Assembly (NCBI RefSeq): GCF_018350175.1
Contig: NC_058368.1
Coordinates: 86,058,001-86,122,000 of the forward strand
DNA: 64,000 bases
Origin: Felis catus
Taxonomy: Eukaryota
Reading direction: 5' to 3'
The notes below the pieces were generated by a model. The model made no database searches. It was not told where the DNA came from and saw only the letters and a program-made list of their open reading frames with translations. The translations under genes and the position numbers were made by a program. Numbering within the stretch: position 1 is the stretch's first letter; every line of letters starts with the position of its first letter. This document shows positions 27,030-41,955 of the stretch, piece by piece.

Positions 27030-30000
27030 AAAGAAGATAAAATTAGGAAAAAGATGCATGTGAAAAAGAGAGATAAAAAAATCCAGGATCAAGAGGGGAG
27101 AATTAGATATCTAAGCGATGTAATCAAACAGAACAATATCTATATCATAGGAAATACAGAAGAAGGGAGATTGAAATGGGCTCAAGGTTTACTTGAATAA
27201 CTCGCAGCTGAGAACGTTCCCAGTCTGGGGAAGGAAACAGACATAGAAATCCAAGAGGTACAGAGAACTCCCTTCAGATGTAACTTGAATCAATCTTCCT
27301 CAGGACATATCATAGTGAAACTAGCAAAATACAAGGATAAAGGGAGAATTCTGAAAGCAGCTAGGGAGAAAAGGACATTAACATATAAAGGTAGAGGGAT
27401 GAGGGTCGTAGCAGACCTATCTACTGAAACTTGGCAGGCCAGAAAGAAATGGCAGGAAATCTTCAATGTGATGAACAGGAACATATGCAGCCAAGAATCC
27501 TTTTATCTAGCAAGACTGCCATTCAGAATAGAAGGAGACATAAATGTTTTCCAAACAAAACAAACAAACAAAAAAACTGAAGGAATTCATCAGCACTAAA
27601 CCAGCCCTATAAGAGATCCTAAGGGGGATTCTGTGAGTGAAGTATTACAAGGCTCACAAAGGGCCACAAACATCACTACAAGCATGAAACCTACAGATAA
27701 CACAATGACTCTAAACCCATATATTTCAATAATAATACTGAATATGAATGGACTAAATACTCCAACCAAAAGACATAGGGTATCAGAATGGATTAAACAA
27801 ACAAACAAACAAACAAACACATCAATAACAACAACAGCAACAAAACATCTATTTGCTGTCTACAAGAGACTCATTTCAAATCTGAGGCCACTTTCTTATT
27901 GAAAGTGAGGGTGCAGAGAACTGTCTATCTTGGTACTGGAAGTCAAAAGAGAGCTGGAGTAGCCAGACTTATATACGACAAACTAGACTTTAAATTAAAG
28001 ACTATAATAAGAGATGAAGAAGAGCATTATAAAATAATTATAGGGTCTATCCATCAGGAAAAGCTAACAATTATAAATGTCTATGTACCAAATTCAGAGC
28101 CACCCAAATATTTAAAATAATCATAAACATAAGCAATGTTATTGATTAGAATGTGGTAATTACAGGAGACTTTAATGTTCCACTTACAACAATGGACAGA
28201 TCATTTAGACACAGGATCAGTAAAGAAACAAAGGCCCTGAATGATACATTGGACCTGATGGACTTGACAGATATATTTAGTATGCTACATTTCAAAGCAG
28301 CAGAATATACTTTCTTCTTGAGTGCCCATGGAACATTATCTAAGATAGATAACATAATTGGTCACAAAACAGCCCTCAGTAAATAAAAACAAATTGAGAT
28401 AATGCCATGAACACTTTCAGATCACAATGCTACGAAATTTGAAATCAACTACAAGAAAAAGTCTGAAAAACCTCCAAAAGCATGGAGATTAAAGAAAATT
28501 CTACTAAAGAACAAATGAATCAACCAGGAAATTAGAGAAGAAATTAAAAGATACAGGAAAAAATTAAAATGAAAATACAACAATCCAAACTGTGATGCAG
28601 CCAAGGTAGTCCTAAGAGGAAAATACATTGCAACCCAGGCCTATCTCAAAACAAGAAAAATCCCAAATACAAAATCTTACAGCATACCTAAAAAAAAAGT
28701 AGAAGCAGCACAACGAAGACACCCCAAACCCAGCAGAAGAAGAGAAATAATAATAAAGATCAGAGAAGAAATAAATAATATAGAATCTACAAAAAGAAAA
28801 AAAACAATAGAGCAGATCAATGAAACCAAGAGTTGGTTTTTTGAAAAAAAAAAAAAAAAAAAAAAAAAAAAACAAAAGTCATAAACCTCTAGCCAGTCTT
28901 CTCAAAAAGAAAACAGAGAATCCCAAATAGATACTATCACGAATGAAAATTGATTTATTACAACCAATCCTTCAGAAATACAAGCATCTATCAGGGAAAA
29001 CTATGAGAAATTATATGCCAATAAACTGGACAACCTGGAAGAAATGGAAAAATTCCTAAGCACACACACACTTCCAAAAGTCAAATGGGAAGAAATAGAA
29101 AATTTGAACAGACCCATAAGTGGTGGATAAATTGAATCAGTCCTCAAAAATCTCCTAACAAATAAGAGTCCAAAACCAGATGGATTCCCTGGGGAATTCT
29201 GTCAGATATTTAAAGCAGAATTAATCCCTATACTTATCAAGCTGTTCCAAAAAATAGGAATTGAGGGAAAATTTCTAGACTCGTTCCATGAAACCAGCAT
29301 TACTTTGATTTCTAAACCAGACAGAGATCCAGCAAAAAAAGAGGACTACAGGCCAATATCCCTGATGAATATGGAAGCAAAATTCCCAACAAGATACTAG
29401 CAAATCAAATTCAACAGAGTATGAAATGAATTATTCAACAAGATCTAGCGGGATTCATTCGTGAACTGCAGGGCTGCTTCAGTATTCTCAAATCAATCAA
29501 TGTGATACATCATATTAATAAAAGAAACACTAATAACAATATGGTCCTGTCAATAGATGCAAAAAGAACATTTGACAAAATACAACATTCTTTCTTGATG
29601 AAAACCTTCAAGAAAGTCCAAAGAGAAGGAACATATTAAACACCAAAATAGCCATTTATAAAAAGCCCACAATTAATATTATCCTCAATGGGGAAAACCT
29701 GAGAACTTTCCCCCTAAGATAAGGAACACGACAGGGACGTCCACTGTCACCAGTGTTGGTGAAAATAGTGCTGAAAGTCCTAGAATCTGCAATCAGACAA
29801 CAAAACAAAAGAAAAGGCATCAAAATTGGCAAAGATTATGTCAAACTTACATTTTTCCCAGACGACATGATACTTTATATAGAAAACCTGACAGACTCCA
29901 CAAAAAGTATGCCAGAACTGATACATTAATTCAGCAAAGTCTCAGGGTACCAAATTAATGTACAGAATATTTTGCATTTTTATCCACCTATAATGATGTA

Positions 30001-31840
30001 ACAGAAAGAGAAATAAAGAAACTGATCACAATCACAATTGCACGAAGAACCATACATTACTTAGGAAGAAGTGTAACCAAAGATGTAAAAGATTTGTATG
30101 CTGAACACTATAAAAAGCTTATGAAGGAAATTGAAGGAGATACAAAGAAATGGAAAAACATTCCATGCTCATGGATTGGAAAGATAAATATTGTTAAAAT
30201 GTCAATACTACCCAAAGCAATCTACACATTCAATGCAATCCCAATCAAAATTGCGCCAGCACTCTTCTCAAAGCTCGAACAATCTTAAAATTTGTATGGA
30301 ACCACAAAAGACCCAGAATAGCCAAAGTAATATTGAAGAAGAAAACCAAAACGGGAGGCATCACCATCCCACACTTTAGCCTCCACTATAAAGCTGTAAT
30401 AATCATCAAGACAGTATGGTATTGGTCCAAAAGCAGACACATAGATCAATGGAATATAATAGAGACTCCAGAATTGGACCCACAAAAGTATGGCCAACTA
30501 ATCTTTGACAAAGCAGGAAAGAGTATCCAATGGAAAAAAAGACAGTCTTTTCAACAAATAGTGCTGGGAGAACTGGACAGCAACATGCAGAAGAAGGAAA
30601 CTAGACCACTTTCTTACACCATACACAAAAATAAACTCAAAATAGATGAAGGACCTGAATGTGCGACAGGAAATCATCAAAACCCTAGAGGAGAAAGCAG
30701 GAAAAAACCTCTCTGACCTCAGACGCAGCAATTTCTTGCTGGACATATCTCCAAAGGCAAGGGTGTTACAATAAAAAAAAATGAACTATTGGGACCTCAT
30801 CAAGATAAAAAGGTTATGCACTGCAAAGGAAACTATCAACAAAACTAAAAGGCCACGGATGGAATGGGAAAAGATATTTGCAAATGACCTATCAGATAAA
30901 GGGCTACTTTCCAAAATCTATAAAGAGCTCACCAAACTCCACACCTGAAAAACAAATAACCCAGTGAAGAAATGGGCAGAAAACATGAATAGACACTTCT
31001 CTAAAGAAGACATCCAGATGGCCAACAGGCACATGAAAAGATGCTCAATGTCACTCCACATCAGGGAAATACAAATCAAAACCACACTGAGATATCTCTT
31101 CATGCCAGTCAGAGTGGCTAAAATGAACAAATCAGGAGGCTATAGATGCTGGAGAGGATGTGGAGAAATAGGAACCCTCTTGCACCGTTGGTGGGAATGC
31201 AAATTGGTGCAGCTGCTCTGGAAAACAGTGTGGAGGTTGTTCAAAAAATTAAAAATAGATCTACCCTATGACCCAGGAATAGCACTGCTAAGAATTTACC
31301 CAAGGGGTATAAGAATGCTGATGCATAGGGACACTTGTACCCCAATATTTATAGCAGCACTCTCAACAATAGCCAAATGATGGAAAGAGCCTAAATGTCC
31401 ATCAACTGATGAATGGATAAAGAGGTTATGGTTTATATATCAATGGAATACTATGTGGCAATGAGAAAGAATGAAATATGGCCTTTTGTAGCAACATGGA
31501 TGGAACTGGAGAGTATTATTCTAAGTGAAATAAGTCAGGCAGAGAAAGACAAATGGCATATATTTTCACTTATATGTGGATCTTGAGAAACTTAACAGAA
31601 GATCCTAGGGGAGGGGAAGGGGAAAAAATTTACAGAGAGGGAGGGAGGCAAACCATAAGAGACTCTTGAGTACTGAGAAGAAACTAAGGGTTGATGGTGG
31701 TTGGGAGAGAGGGGAAAGTGTTTGATGGGCATGGAGGAGGCCACTTGCTGGGATGAGCACTGGATGTTGTATGGATACCAATTAGGCAATAAAATATATT
31801 TACAAAATAATAAAAAATGATTTTATTTAAATAAATTAAA
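27030..31840 (+). mobile_element. Second L1 (copy B), mid-ORF1 to A-tail, inactivated
   Basis: Begins AGAAGATAAAATT (homologous to ~22125 in copy A); ORF1 C-terminus, ORF2 with the F(P)DDM RT motif at ~29855, 3'UTR, AATAAA near 31788. Confidence 0.93.
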
Positions 31841-31856
31841 AAACATCATTTCATGA

Positions 31857-32992
31857 AGCTAAAATTACCCTGATATGGAAACCACAAAATATTTACATTA
31901 AAAATTAGAACCAATGACCAATATTCCTGAAAAACATGTAAAAATTCACAATAAAATTATAACAAGCTAGTTCCACAATACATTAAAACGTATATTCACC
32001 ATGATCAGGTGGTATTTATTCATCAAGTGCAAGGTGTATCAACATTTAGAAATCAATCAACAGGAAACACCACATAAATACATTAAAGGGAAAGAGATAT
32101 ATGATCCTCTCTATAGATGCAGAAAAACAATTGAAAAAGTACAACATCAACGCATTATAAAAACCCTCAACAAAGTAGGTTGAAAGGTAATGTACTTCCA
32201 TGTAATAAAGTCTATGGAATAAAGTATATGGAATACTCATAGGTAATACATCCAAAATGAGCAAAATTTGAGGGCTTTTCCTCTCTGGTTGGGAATAAGA
32301 CAGTGGTGTGAACTCTTGCCAATTTTATTTCAGATAGTCCTGGGATACTTAAGAACAACTATCAGAAAAGAAAAAGAAACACATCAAAATAATTAAGAAA
32401 TAAAACTTTCACTATCTGCAGATGACATCATAGTCTATATAAAAAACTCAAAAAACAACCAAATATTTGCTAGAGATGATACATGAATTCAGTAAAGTGG
32501 CAGGATACAAAATCAACATTAAAGTCTTTTGTATTTCTATACACTAATAATGAAGCAGTAGGAAGATAAATCAAGGAATTAATTCCATTTACAATTGTCC
32601 AAAAAACCATATGATATCTAGGAACAAACCTAACCAAAGAGGAAGAATACCTGTACTATAAAAACTATAAAAACTATACTATAAAAACCTGTACTATAAA
32701 AACCATAAAAAACACTGAAAAGAGAAATTGAAGACAACACAAAGAAATGGAAAAATATTCCATGCTCATGGATTAGAAAAACCAATACTGTTAAAATGTC
32801 TGTACAACCCAAAGCAATCTACATATTTAATGCAATTCCTATTGAATAACACCAGCAGTTTTCTCAGAACAAAACAAAGAAATCTAAAATTTGTAAGGAA
32901 CCACAAACAATACCAAACAGTCAAAGCAACCTTGAAAAAGAAAAGGACAGGAAAGGACAGAAAAGAAAAGAAAGGAAAAATAGAAGAAAAGA

Positions 32993-33037
<45 letters not shown>

Positions 33038-34385
33038 AGAGAAAAGAAAAGAAGAAGAAGAGAAAAAAAAGAAAAAATGAAAGGAAAGAAATAAAAGAAA
33101 ATCAAGAGACATCACAATTCTAGACTTCCAGCTGTCTTACAAAGCTGTAATCATCAAGACAGTATGATACTGGCACAAAAACAGACACATAGATCAATAA
33201 AATAGAAAAGGAAACCTAACATTAAACCCTTAACTGTAAGGTAAATTAATCTTGAACAAAGCAGGAAAAATCATCCAATGGAAAAAGACAGTCTTTTCTT
33301 TAAAAAAAATGTTTATTTAGTTTTGAGAGAGATAGAGAGACAAGCATGTGCAGGGTACAGGCAGAGAGAGAGGTAGACACAGAATCTGAAGCAGGATCCA
33401 GGCTCTGAGTTGTCAGCACAGAGCCCGATGCAGGGTTTGAACTCACGAGCTGTGAGATCATGACCTGAGCTGAAGTCAGACACTCAACTGACTGAGCCAC
33501 CCAGGCACCCCAAGACAGCCTTTACAACAAATGGCTTTGGGAAAACTGGATAGTGAATCCAGAAGGAGAAAATTTGACAACTTTATTACAGTGTACATAC
33601 AAAAAAATCAAAATGGACAAAGGATCTAAATGTGAGACAGGAAATCATCAAAATCCTAGAAGAGATCACAGGCAATAACATCTTTGACAGCGACTGTAGC
33701 ACAGTCATACTAGATATGTCTCTTGAGGCAAGATGAAAGCAAAAGTAAACTATTGGGAAATCATCAGTATAAAAAGCTTCTGCACAGTGAAGGAAACAAT
33801 TAACAAAACTAAAAGGCAGAAGTAGAAGATATTTACAAATGACATATCCGATAAAGGGTTAGTATCCAAAACATATAAAGAGTTTATAAAACTGAACATG
33901 CAACAAACAAATAATCCAGTTAAAAAATGGGCAGAAGACAGTAGTAGACATTTTTCCAAAGAAGACATACAGATGCTTAACACACACATGAAAAGATGTT
34001 CAGTATCATTCATCATCAGGAATACAAATGAAAACTTCACTGAGATATCATCTTACACCAGTCAGTTTGGCTAAAATTAACAACACAAGAAGTAACAGGT
34101 GTTAACAAGGATATGGAGAAAGGGAAAATTTCTTGCATTTTTAGTGGGTTCAGCCATTCTGAAAAACAGTGTGGAGATTCCTCAGAACAGTAAAGTAGAA
34201 CTAGTCTACAATACAGCAATACCACTACTGGGTATTTACCCCTTCCCCCTCCAAATAAAAATGCTAATCCAAAGGGATATGTGGATTCCAATGTTTATAA
34301 CAGTGTTAACTACAATAGCCAAAAAATGAAAAAGGGTCAAGTGTTGTTCACTGACAGATAAATAGATACAGAAGATGTAGTATGT

Positions 34386-34429
<44 letters not shown>

Positions 34430-34830
34430 GAATATTACTCAGCCACCAAAAAGAATGAAATCTTGCCATTTGCAATGATGTAGATGGCGCTAGTGAGCAT
34501 TATGCCAAGTGAAATTTGTCAGTCAGAGAAATACTAATACCACTTGATTTCACTCATATATGGAATTTAAGAAACACATGAGCAAAGGGAAAAAATAGGG
34601 AAAGAGGCAAACCAATAAAATAATTTTTGACTATAGAGGACAAACTGATGGCTACAAGGGAGAAGGTTCATTGGTATTTCAGTTAAACAGGTGATGGGAT
34701 TTAAGGACTGCCCTTGGTGTGATGAGTATTTCCTGTTGTATGGAAGTGTTGATCACTGAATTCTACACTTAAAACTACTATTACACTGTAAGTTAACCAA
34801 CTGGAATTTAAATTAAAACAATAAAAACTT
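31857..34830 (+). mobile_element. Older L1, 3' part (continues 16340-20082), with a (GAAA)n expansion ~32940-33105, a SINE 33298-33510 (-) and (CA)n ~34388-34426
   Basis: Resumes at TTTCATGA|AGCTAAAATTACCCTGATA, the ORF2 sequence expected after the break at 20082; GCAGATGACAT RT motif at ~32418. Confidence 0.88.
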
Positions 34831-35186
34831 AAAGAGTCTTTTTTTTAAAGGACAGTATGTAGAATATATCAGTCCTACAAAATGCAAAGTATGTTAAATA
34901 ATGACTTTCTAATAGATTGGTATCATAAGAGTGTTTAAAATAAAATAATGAATATTTGATCAGAAAATCATTTGGCACTGAATTTCATAAGATGATTGCT
35001 TCATGGAAATATCTAGGTAACCACATTCTTCATGAGTCTTTCATGATCAAGATTATATCACTGTACTAGTATTTGAAAGAAATTGTTCATTTGTAAATAC
35101 TGTAAAAAGTTGACAAGGTAAATAATTTAAGGCTGAATTTATTCCTTCATTGATATTGTAGTAATGCAATTAAAATGGTTATTTTC

Positions 35187-35410
35187 GGGGGCGCCTGGGT
35201 GGCTCAGTCGGTTGAGCGTCCAACTTCGGCCCAGGTCATGATCTCACGTCCGTGAGTTCAGGCCCCGTGTCGGGCTCTGTGCTGACAGCTCGGAGCCTGG
35301 AGCCTGTTTCAGATTCTGTGTCTCCCTCTCTCTCTGACCCTCCCGCATTCATACTCTGTCTCTCTCTGTCTCAAAAATAAATAAATGTTAAAAAAATTAA
35401 AAAAAATAAA
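35187..35410 (+). mobile_element. Young CAN-SINE
   Basis: CpG-rich; TSD TAAAATGGTTATTTT. Confidence 0.95.
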
Positions 35411-36759
35411 ATAAAATGGTTATTTTGGTAGGATCATGTACATGCAGCCACGTTTGAAGGATACTTTGTCCATGTAACAAATATCTTAAAAGTAGCAGAG
35501 GATTCTCTTATATTTTAGTCACCAATACAACATTTACCTAAAATTTAAGCATTGGGATGTTGCGTAGTCATGAATTTGACATCATGTGTGCAGAAATATC
35601 CATTTTTATAGCTACTTGACTTCCTGGTTACTAATGATCTGTTCACAAATCCTAGGAAATTGAACAAATGCAGTCATGCCCCCCTTCACTGGGTAACAAC
35701 TTGGATGTTTAAGCTGAATAAGTAGAAAGGCCTTTAAAGAATATCTTCTTCGTGCATTTCCTTGTATGTGGCACCAGAAAATAAGCACTAAACAAATTAA
35801 TTTAAACATCAGGATGTGCAAACATGGGGATTTTATTCCATTCTGATCATTGATCCTTTTGAATCATCTCCAGTGGGATTTTTATCATAGGGAAATGAGT
35901 AGGATAAAGGATCTGCTTAGTTGGATACAACTGTGAAATGTTCCTAAGTCCCTCAACACACTCGTGTTCTGAGGGGGAGAAGAATGCCTGGAGTTTAATA
36001 TGATTTAGGTAAACCATCAGATAATGGAATATATTTACAAGTATCAACACTGTTATTTACAAATGTTGTTAGATATCAATGGAAGCTTTTCTGTGTGAGA
36101 AATGAGGTGAAACTAAACAGCCTTAAATAAAGTTCAACTAGTGCTCAGTTTCGTTGTGCAATTAGGTTAATGGAAGCTGTAGAGAATATATTGAAAATTA
36201 CTTAGTTGTATTATTTCAAATATATTGATAAGAAATCAGTAAAGTCCATTTGAAATATCATATCAGCTATGACTCACCCAGAATTATAGTATCTTTATTT
36301 AAAGTGTAGTAAACAATCATTGAAGTGACAATTTAAAATATATCCGTGTTCCTTTATTAATCACTCTTAAGGTCCAGTTCTAAGGACATATTATTGTCCT
36401 AGACACCACATAGATTTGTTTACATAAAGAAAATAAAAATTGGGTATAAAAATTACAGAAATATATCTAAACTTAGTGGAATATAAATAGGAAACAGCAG
36501 AGTTTTGCAAAAGCAAAATTCCAATGATTCATAAGACACATCTATGATATCTCTTCAATCTATTGTGAAGCCCTATAAGATAAATCACTACTGTATATAA
36601 GAATTATATTGAATATAAATGTTTTGGAATGGGTGTATATAATTACCAACTGCAGGCATGGCTCAACATATATTCTCACTATTATAAACTCATTTAAAAT
36701 TTCCTTCTTTTAGAAATAATTTAAAAACTCAATTCAAATTTATTTAATAATTACAGATT

Positions 36760-37265
36760 GATTTTTTTACATTTATTCATTTCTGAGAGACAGAGAGAGA
36801 CAATGCACAAGTGGGGGAGGGGTAGAGAGAGAGGGAGACACAGAATCTGAAGCAGTCTCCAGGCTCTGAGCTGTCAGCAGAGAGCCCAACACAGGGCTCC
36901 AACTCACCAACCACGAGATCATGACCTGAGGCAAAGTTGGACGCTCAACCCACTGAGCCACCCAGGCATCCCTACAGATTGACTTTGATGTTAAAGATAT
37001 CACACATGATTTTATTTGGTGAGTTGGTGATATCACTAATTCAATTGTGTTATGTTATTTTCTCTGTTTTTATTAGTTTAAGTTTCATTGTAAATGCGGA
37101 TCCTGTGGCTGGGAGACTATGAAAACAGCATCATCCGGATTTGCATCTGACATTCCCAGTTGTCTACAATATGCTACGTAGGAAGCTGTCAGAATAGTAA
37201 GGAAAATCATTTTCTTTAATTTTAGAGAGAGAGAGGGAGGGAGAATGCAAGCTAAGGAGAGGGGG

Positions 37266-37326
<61 letters not shown>

Positions 37327-38100
37327 CTTAAGCAGGTGCCATACTCAGTGCCGAGCCCCACACGGGCTCCATCCCACAACCCTGAGATCATGATCTGGGC
37401 TGAAACCAAGTGTCAGACACTAACAAACTGAGTAACGCAGGTGACTCTGCAAGGAAAGTTCTTTATCAACATCCGACCCCAAATAACACCTGACCAAACT
37501 GACCACAATTTGTAGCATGCATGCTCCTGAAATCATCATGAAGAATGGAGTGGTGGAAATGACCTTGAACTCTATATTAGTTCACAACTTCCAAAAGTCA
37601 ATGGTTCTCTATGCTAGCCATCAATTTCTTACTGAAATAATCTTTTTGGGCTTGTGTCAAATACAACTCACGTCTGACTTTTATTCCTGTTTTCTGTTTT
37701 GAATTCTCAAAGGCACCCATTATGCCACTACAATCATGGTACAGAAATAAGAACAATGGTAGTCCTATGTAACAGGTCTTAAAGCTTCTGTTTTGGTCTC
37801 ATATCTTTCACTTTTATTCCTATTCCATTTGCCAGAACAAATCACACAGTGAAACTTTCATTAAAAAAAAGTTGGGGGCTCCTATATGGCTCACTTGGTT
37901 AAGTGTGGGACTTCAGCTCAGGTCACGATCTCACCACTCATGAGTTCGAGACCCAAGTCAGGTTCTGTGCTGACAGCTCAGACCCTGGAAACTGCTTTGG
38001 ATTCAGTCTCCCTCTTTCTCTCTCTCCCCCATCCGTGCTTGAATTCTCTCTCTCTCTAGCTCTCTCTCTCTCTCTCTCAAAAATAAAGATTAAAAAAGAT
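36760..38100. mobile_element. Three CAN-SINEs: ~36760-36972 (-), ~37210-37447 (-), ~37874-38098 (+)
   Basis: SINE bodies with (GA)n/(CT)n tracts. Confidence 0.88.
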
Positions 38101-38224
38101 GGGAAATATTCCACTGCTCTGGATGCACTGAAGAAAAATCTCCCCCCTTTTTCCCAGGTGTAGTACTTTTATTGCTTGAATGGTATAAGATTTCATATAT
38201 GCCCAGGTCTGCATTTGGCTTATA

Positions 38225-38645
38225 ATATACCCATTATTAGTTATGTTTTTACTTTAAAAATATTGTAATGCAAAAAAGGCAACCACAAAATCTTAGTGGC
38301 ATAAAAAATAAGCATTTATTTCACACATCCTTACAGGTTGGTTGGCTGGGTTGTGAGTAGATATTGATTCCATGTATCTTTTATTTATCCTAAACCAACT
38401 GAATGGACAGCAGCTACTCAGGTCATGCTCATCTTGTGGGAGAAACTCAAGTTTTCAGGATAGAACCTCGTATAGAATAAGCAGAGTTTCCTACTTTAAT
38501 CCACATTTTATGAGCTAACTAACATGGCCATCACCAGTGTCAAGGAATCATGAAAACATATTCATCCCATTTATATCATATAGGTGTGTGTTTGAAGGTT
38601 TGTTAATGTTTCCTAACCAATAGTGTAATCTATACAAATTCTACT
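38225..38645. mobile_element. Old MLT1-like LTR fragment
   Basis: AACCACAAAATCTTAGTGGCATAAAAAATAAGCATTTATT is typical of MLT1 termini. Confidence 0.55.
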
Positions 38646-38949
38646 CATGTTTTCAATAAATATTATATAGTACCAACCATTTGTCAGATATAAAAGTCAG
38701 TTTTTAATGTATATGCCTTCAAGTTTAGACAGGCAGAAACAGACACAAACACAAACATTTAAAAAAAGTACAATATGGGGGAAAACAGTGGTGGGCTTAA
38801 GTTGGAGGAACAAGGATAAGTCCTCGACTATGGAGAAATTTCAGTAGAGGACTAAATAGATTAAAAGAAGTGGGTATGCATACATCTGGTAGTAAAGTGT
38901 TCAAAGCAAGGAAACTAGATTAAGGTCCTAAAGTAGGAGCTAAGTAAGA

Positions 38950-40772
38950 ATGTCCAAAGGAAAAAAAAAGTTACAGAATATAATGAAAGCCAAATTTATT
39001 CTAAAGTTTAAATGGAGAGATAAAAGACCCAGAATAACCAACAAAGTATTGGAGGAGGAGGACAAATTTGAACTGATAAAACACAGAGTCAAGACCTGCT
39101 ATAATGCTACAGTAATCAAGGCAGTGTGTTGTTGGCAAAATAATAGACATGTAGATCAGTGGAAGAGTATAAAGCCCAGAAATAGACACATATAAATATA
39201 ATAGCTTGTTATTTAACAAAACAGAAAAAGTAAAGCAAAGGGAAATGTAGTATTTTTCAATAAATGATGTTAGAACAACTGGACATACATAAGCAAAAAA
39301 TGAATCTAGACACAAACCTTATACCCTTCTCAAAAACTAAATAAAATTGAATCATGGACTTAAATGTAAATCACCAAACTATAAAATTTCTAAAATAATG
39401 GGAAAAAACTAGATGACCTTGGTAGAGTGATGACTTTTTTGATACAATACCAATGAATTTCTCCCCAGGAAATAAATAATGAAGAAGGTGAACTTAATTA
39501 AATTGGAAACTTTGCTTTGTGAAAAACTGTTTCAAGAGAGTAAGAAGACAAGAGACAGAGTGTGAGAAATTATCAGCAAAACCACATCTGTTATCCAAAA
39601 TATTTGAAGAACTCTTAAAATTGACAGTAAGGAAACAACTTGATTTAAAAAAATGGGACAAATACTTTAACAAATACTGAACCAAAACCATATATATATA
39701 GATGTAGATGTAGATAGATAGATGATATAGATAGATAGAGATAGAGATAGAGATAGAGATAGATAGAGATAGTCTCAGATAGAGATAGATGATAGGTAGA
39801 TAGATAGCTGGCAAATAAGCATGTGAAAACATGCTCCAATTAAATGTCATCAGAAAAATGCAAATTAAAACAACAATTAGATTCTTCTACACATCTATTG
39901 GAACGTCCAATATCCAGAGCACTAACAACACCAAATGTAGACCAAGATATGCAACAAGAATGACTCTGATTCACTGCTGGTAGGAATGCAGAAAAATTGG
40001 AATGCAGCCACTTTGGAAAACAGATTGGCAGTTTCTCACAAAACTCAACAAACTCACCTTTAGAACCTAGCAATCACACAACTTGGTATCTACCCAAAGA
40101 ATTAAAAGGTCATGTCCACACAAAAATTTTGCATGGATATTTATAGCAGCTTTATTTATAATTGACAAAACTTGGAAGCAAGCAACAAGTCCTCCAGTAG
40201 GTGAATGTGTAAATAAACCATGGTGCATTCAGACATTGGAATTTTGTTCTAGACTAAAAACAAACAAGCTGAAACTTTGATAGCCATTAAGAAGACATGA
40301 AGAGCCTCAAAAGCATATTACTAAATGAAATAACCCACTTTGAAAAGGACATATACTATAGGATTCCAACTATACAATATTCTTGTGGAAAGGGCAAAGC
40401 TATGGAGACAGGGATTGGAGGAGGGGGAAGGAGTGAATTCGTGGAAAACAGACTTTTTTTAGGATAGTGAAACTATTCTGTACGATACTATAATGATGGA
40501 TCCAAGCCATTATACATTTGTTCAAACCTATAGAATGTATAACACCAGGAGTAAACCTAAGGTAAACTATAGACTTTGGGTGATTGTGATGTGTCAATGT
40601 AGGTTTATCAAATGTAACAAATGCACCACCCTGCTAGGGATGTTGATAATGAGGGAGACCAGAGATGTGTAGGGAAGAGGTATACGGGAAATATCTGTAT
40701 CTTCCTCTCAATTTTACTGTGAACATAAAACTACTCTTTAAAAATAAAGTTGAAAAAAGAAAAAGAAAAAGA
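38950..40772 (+). mobile_element. Ancient L1 3' end (L1MC-like) with an internal (AGAT)n/(AGAGAT)n microsatellite
   Basis: ORF2 remnants plus 3'UTR GTGTCAATGTAGGTTTATCAAATGTAACAAATG...TTTTACTGTGAACATAAAACTACTC. Confidence 0.8.
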
Positions 40773-40954
40773 ATGAGTACAATTGTATACATTAGGACAA
40801 ATGTTGCCCACAAATATCATTCATCATGGTAAATAAAATAGGAGAAAATATGCAGTTATTGTAGATAAATTCTATATTTTAAACAACATTAGTAATTACG
40901 GAATTCAAAGATGTCCCAGGATTAGGACTAATGCAATAATCCATTAATTAAAAA

Positions 40955-41504
40955 TTATTTCATTCATGTTATTCATCAGCTCCTATTTTTGGTTCTACAA
41001 TTACAGGAGTAAATAAAACAGATTTCTTACACTCAGAGGCTTGCATTCCAATAGGGGAATGTACAAGTGCATACATAAATAAGTAAATGTTATAATGCCA
41101 AATAATGGTAACACTTGTGAATTTAAAACGTGGGAGGCAATAGATAGAATACCATTGCACCCTTAATTTGTTTGGTCAAGACTTCTTTTATTAATGATAT
41201 TTGAAAGAGATCTGAATGTGATGAGGGAGTGAGCCAATTTATGCAGAAAGAAGTGCTAGGGTATGGAGCAGCAGTGTAAAGTCCTTGACACTATGAGGAA
41301 AAGTAAAGATGGCAGCAGTAAAAATCCAGTGAAAGAGGGAAATACTCTGGTTAAGTTCACACATGTATCCAGTATCTGTTTGTCAACTTGGACTTATTTA
41401 ATATATATTGAATAAATTTGAGCATAGAGCTATATCAGCTGTCTAATTTTTCTAGAGAATACCTTTAGAAGTCCTGGAAACATTGTAAATTTTTAAATGT
41501 TTGT

Positions 41505-41535
<31 letters not shown>

Positions 41536-41955
41536 TTGAGAAAGAGAGAAAGAGAGAAAGAGAGAGAGAGAGAGGAGGAAAGAGAGAGTGAGACAGAGGG
41601 TCCAAAAAGCAGACTCTGGGCTGGCACTGATAATAGACATCCTGATGTGGGGGCTGAAACTTAGGAACCACTGTGAGTTCATTACCTGAACTGAAGTCAG
41701 ATGCTTAAATGACTGAGCCCCCAGGTTCCCCAGTCATGGAGACATTTTAGAAGAAAAAGATGAAAACTGGAAGAGCAGTTAAAAGTTCTTCATGGTACCA
41801 AAACAAGAGACAATTTTGTCTGAGTTCAAGAGTCTACAAGGGAGCTGTTGAGAAGTGGGCAGATATGGAACCTGTTCTAAAGATGCAGCAACAGGTATGC
41901 TGGTGAATTGAAAGTAAGATGTTAGAGAAAGAGAAGAGTCAATAATGATTCTAAA
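40955..41955 (-). mobile_element. L2 LINE fossil interrupted by a CAN-SINE (~41495-41731, -)
   Basis: TTCATTCAT...AAATAAAACAGA...GCTTGCATTCCAATAGGGG and AGAGAAAGAGAAGAGTCAATAATGATTCTAA are L2-like. Confidence 0.6.

Noticed and set aside
32728..33123. Lys/Arg/Glu-rich 131 aa ORF
   Set aside because: Translation of a (GAAA)n expansion inside L1
16322..34848. TSD for the outer old L1 (AAAGATTTGTGGTTTTTT vs AAAGAGTCTTTTTTTT)
   Set aside because: Similarity too weak and low-complexity to call
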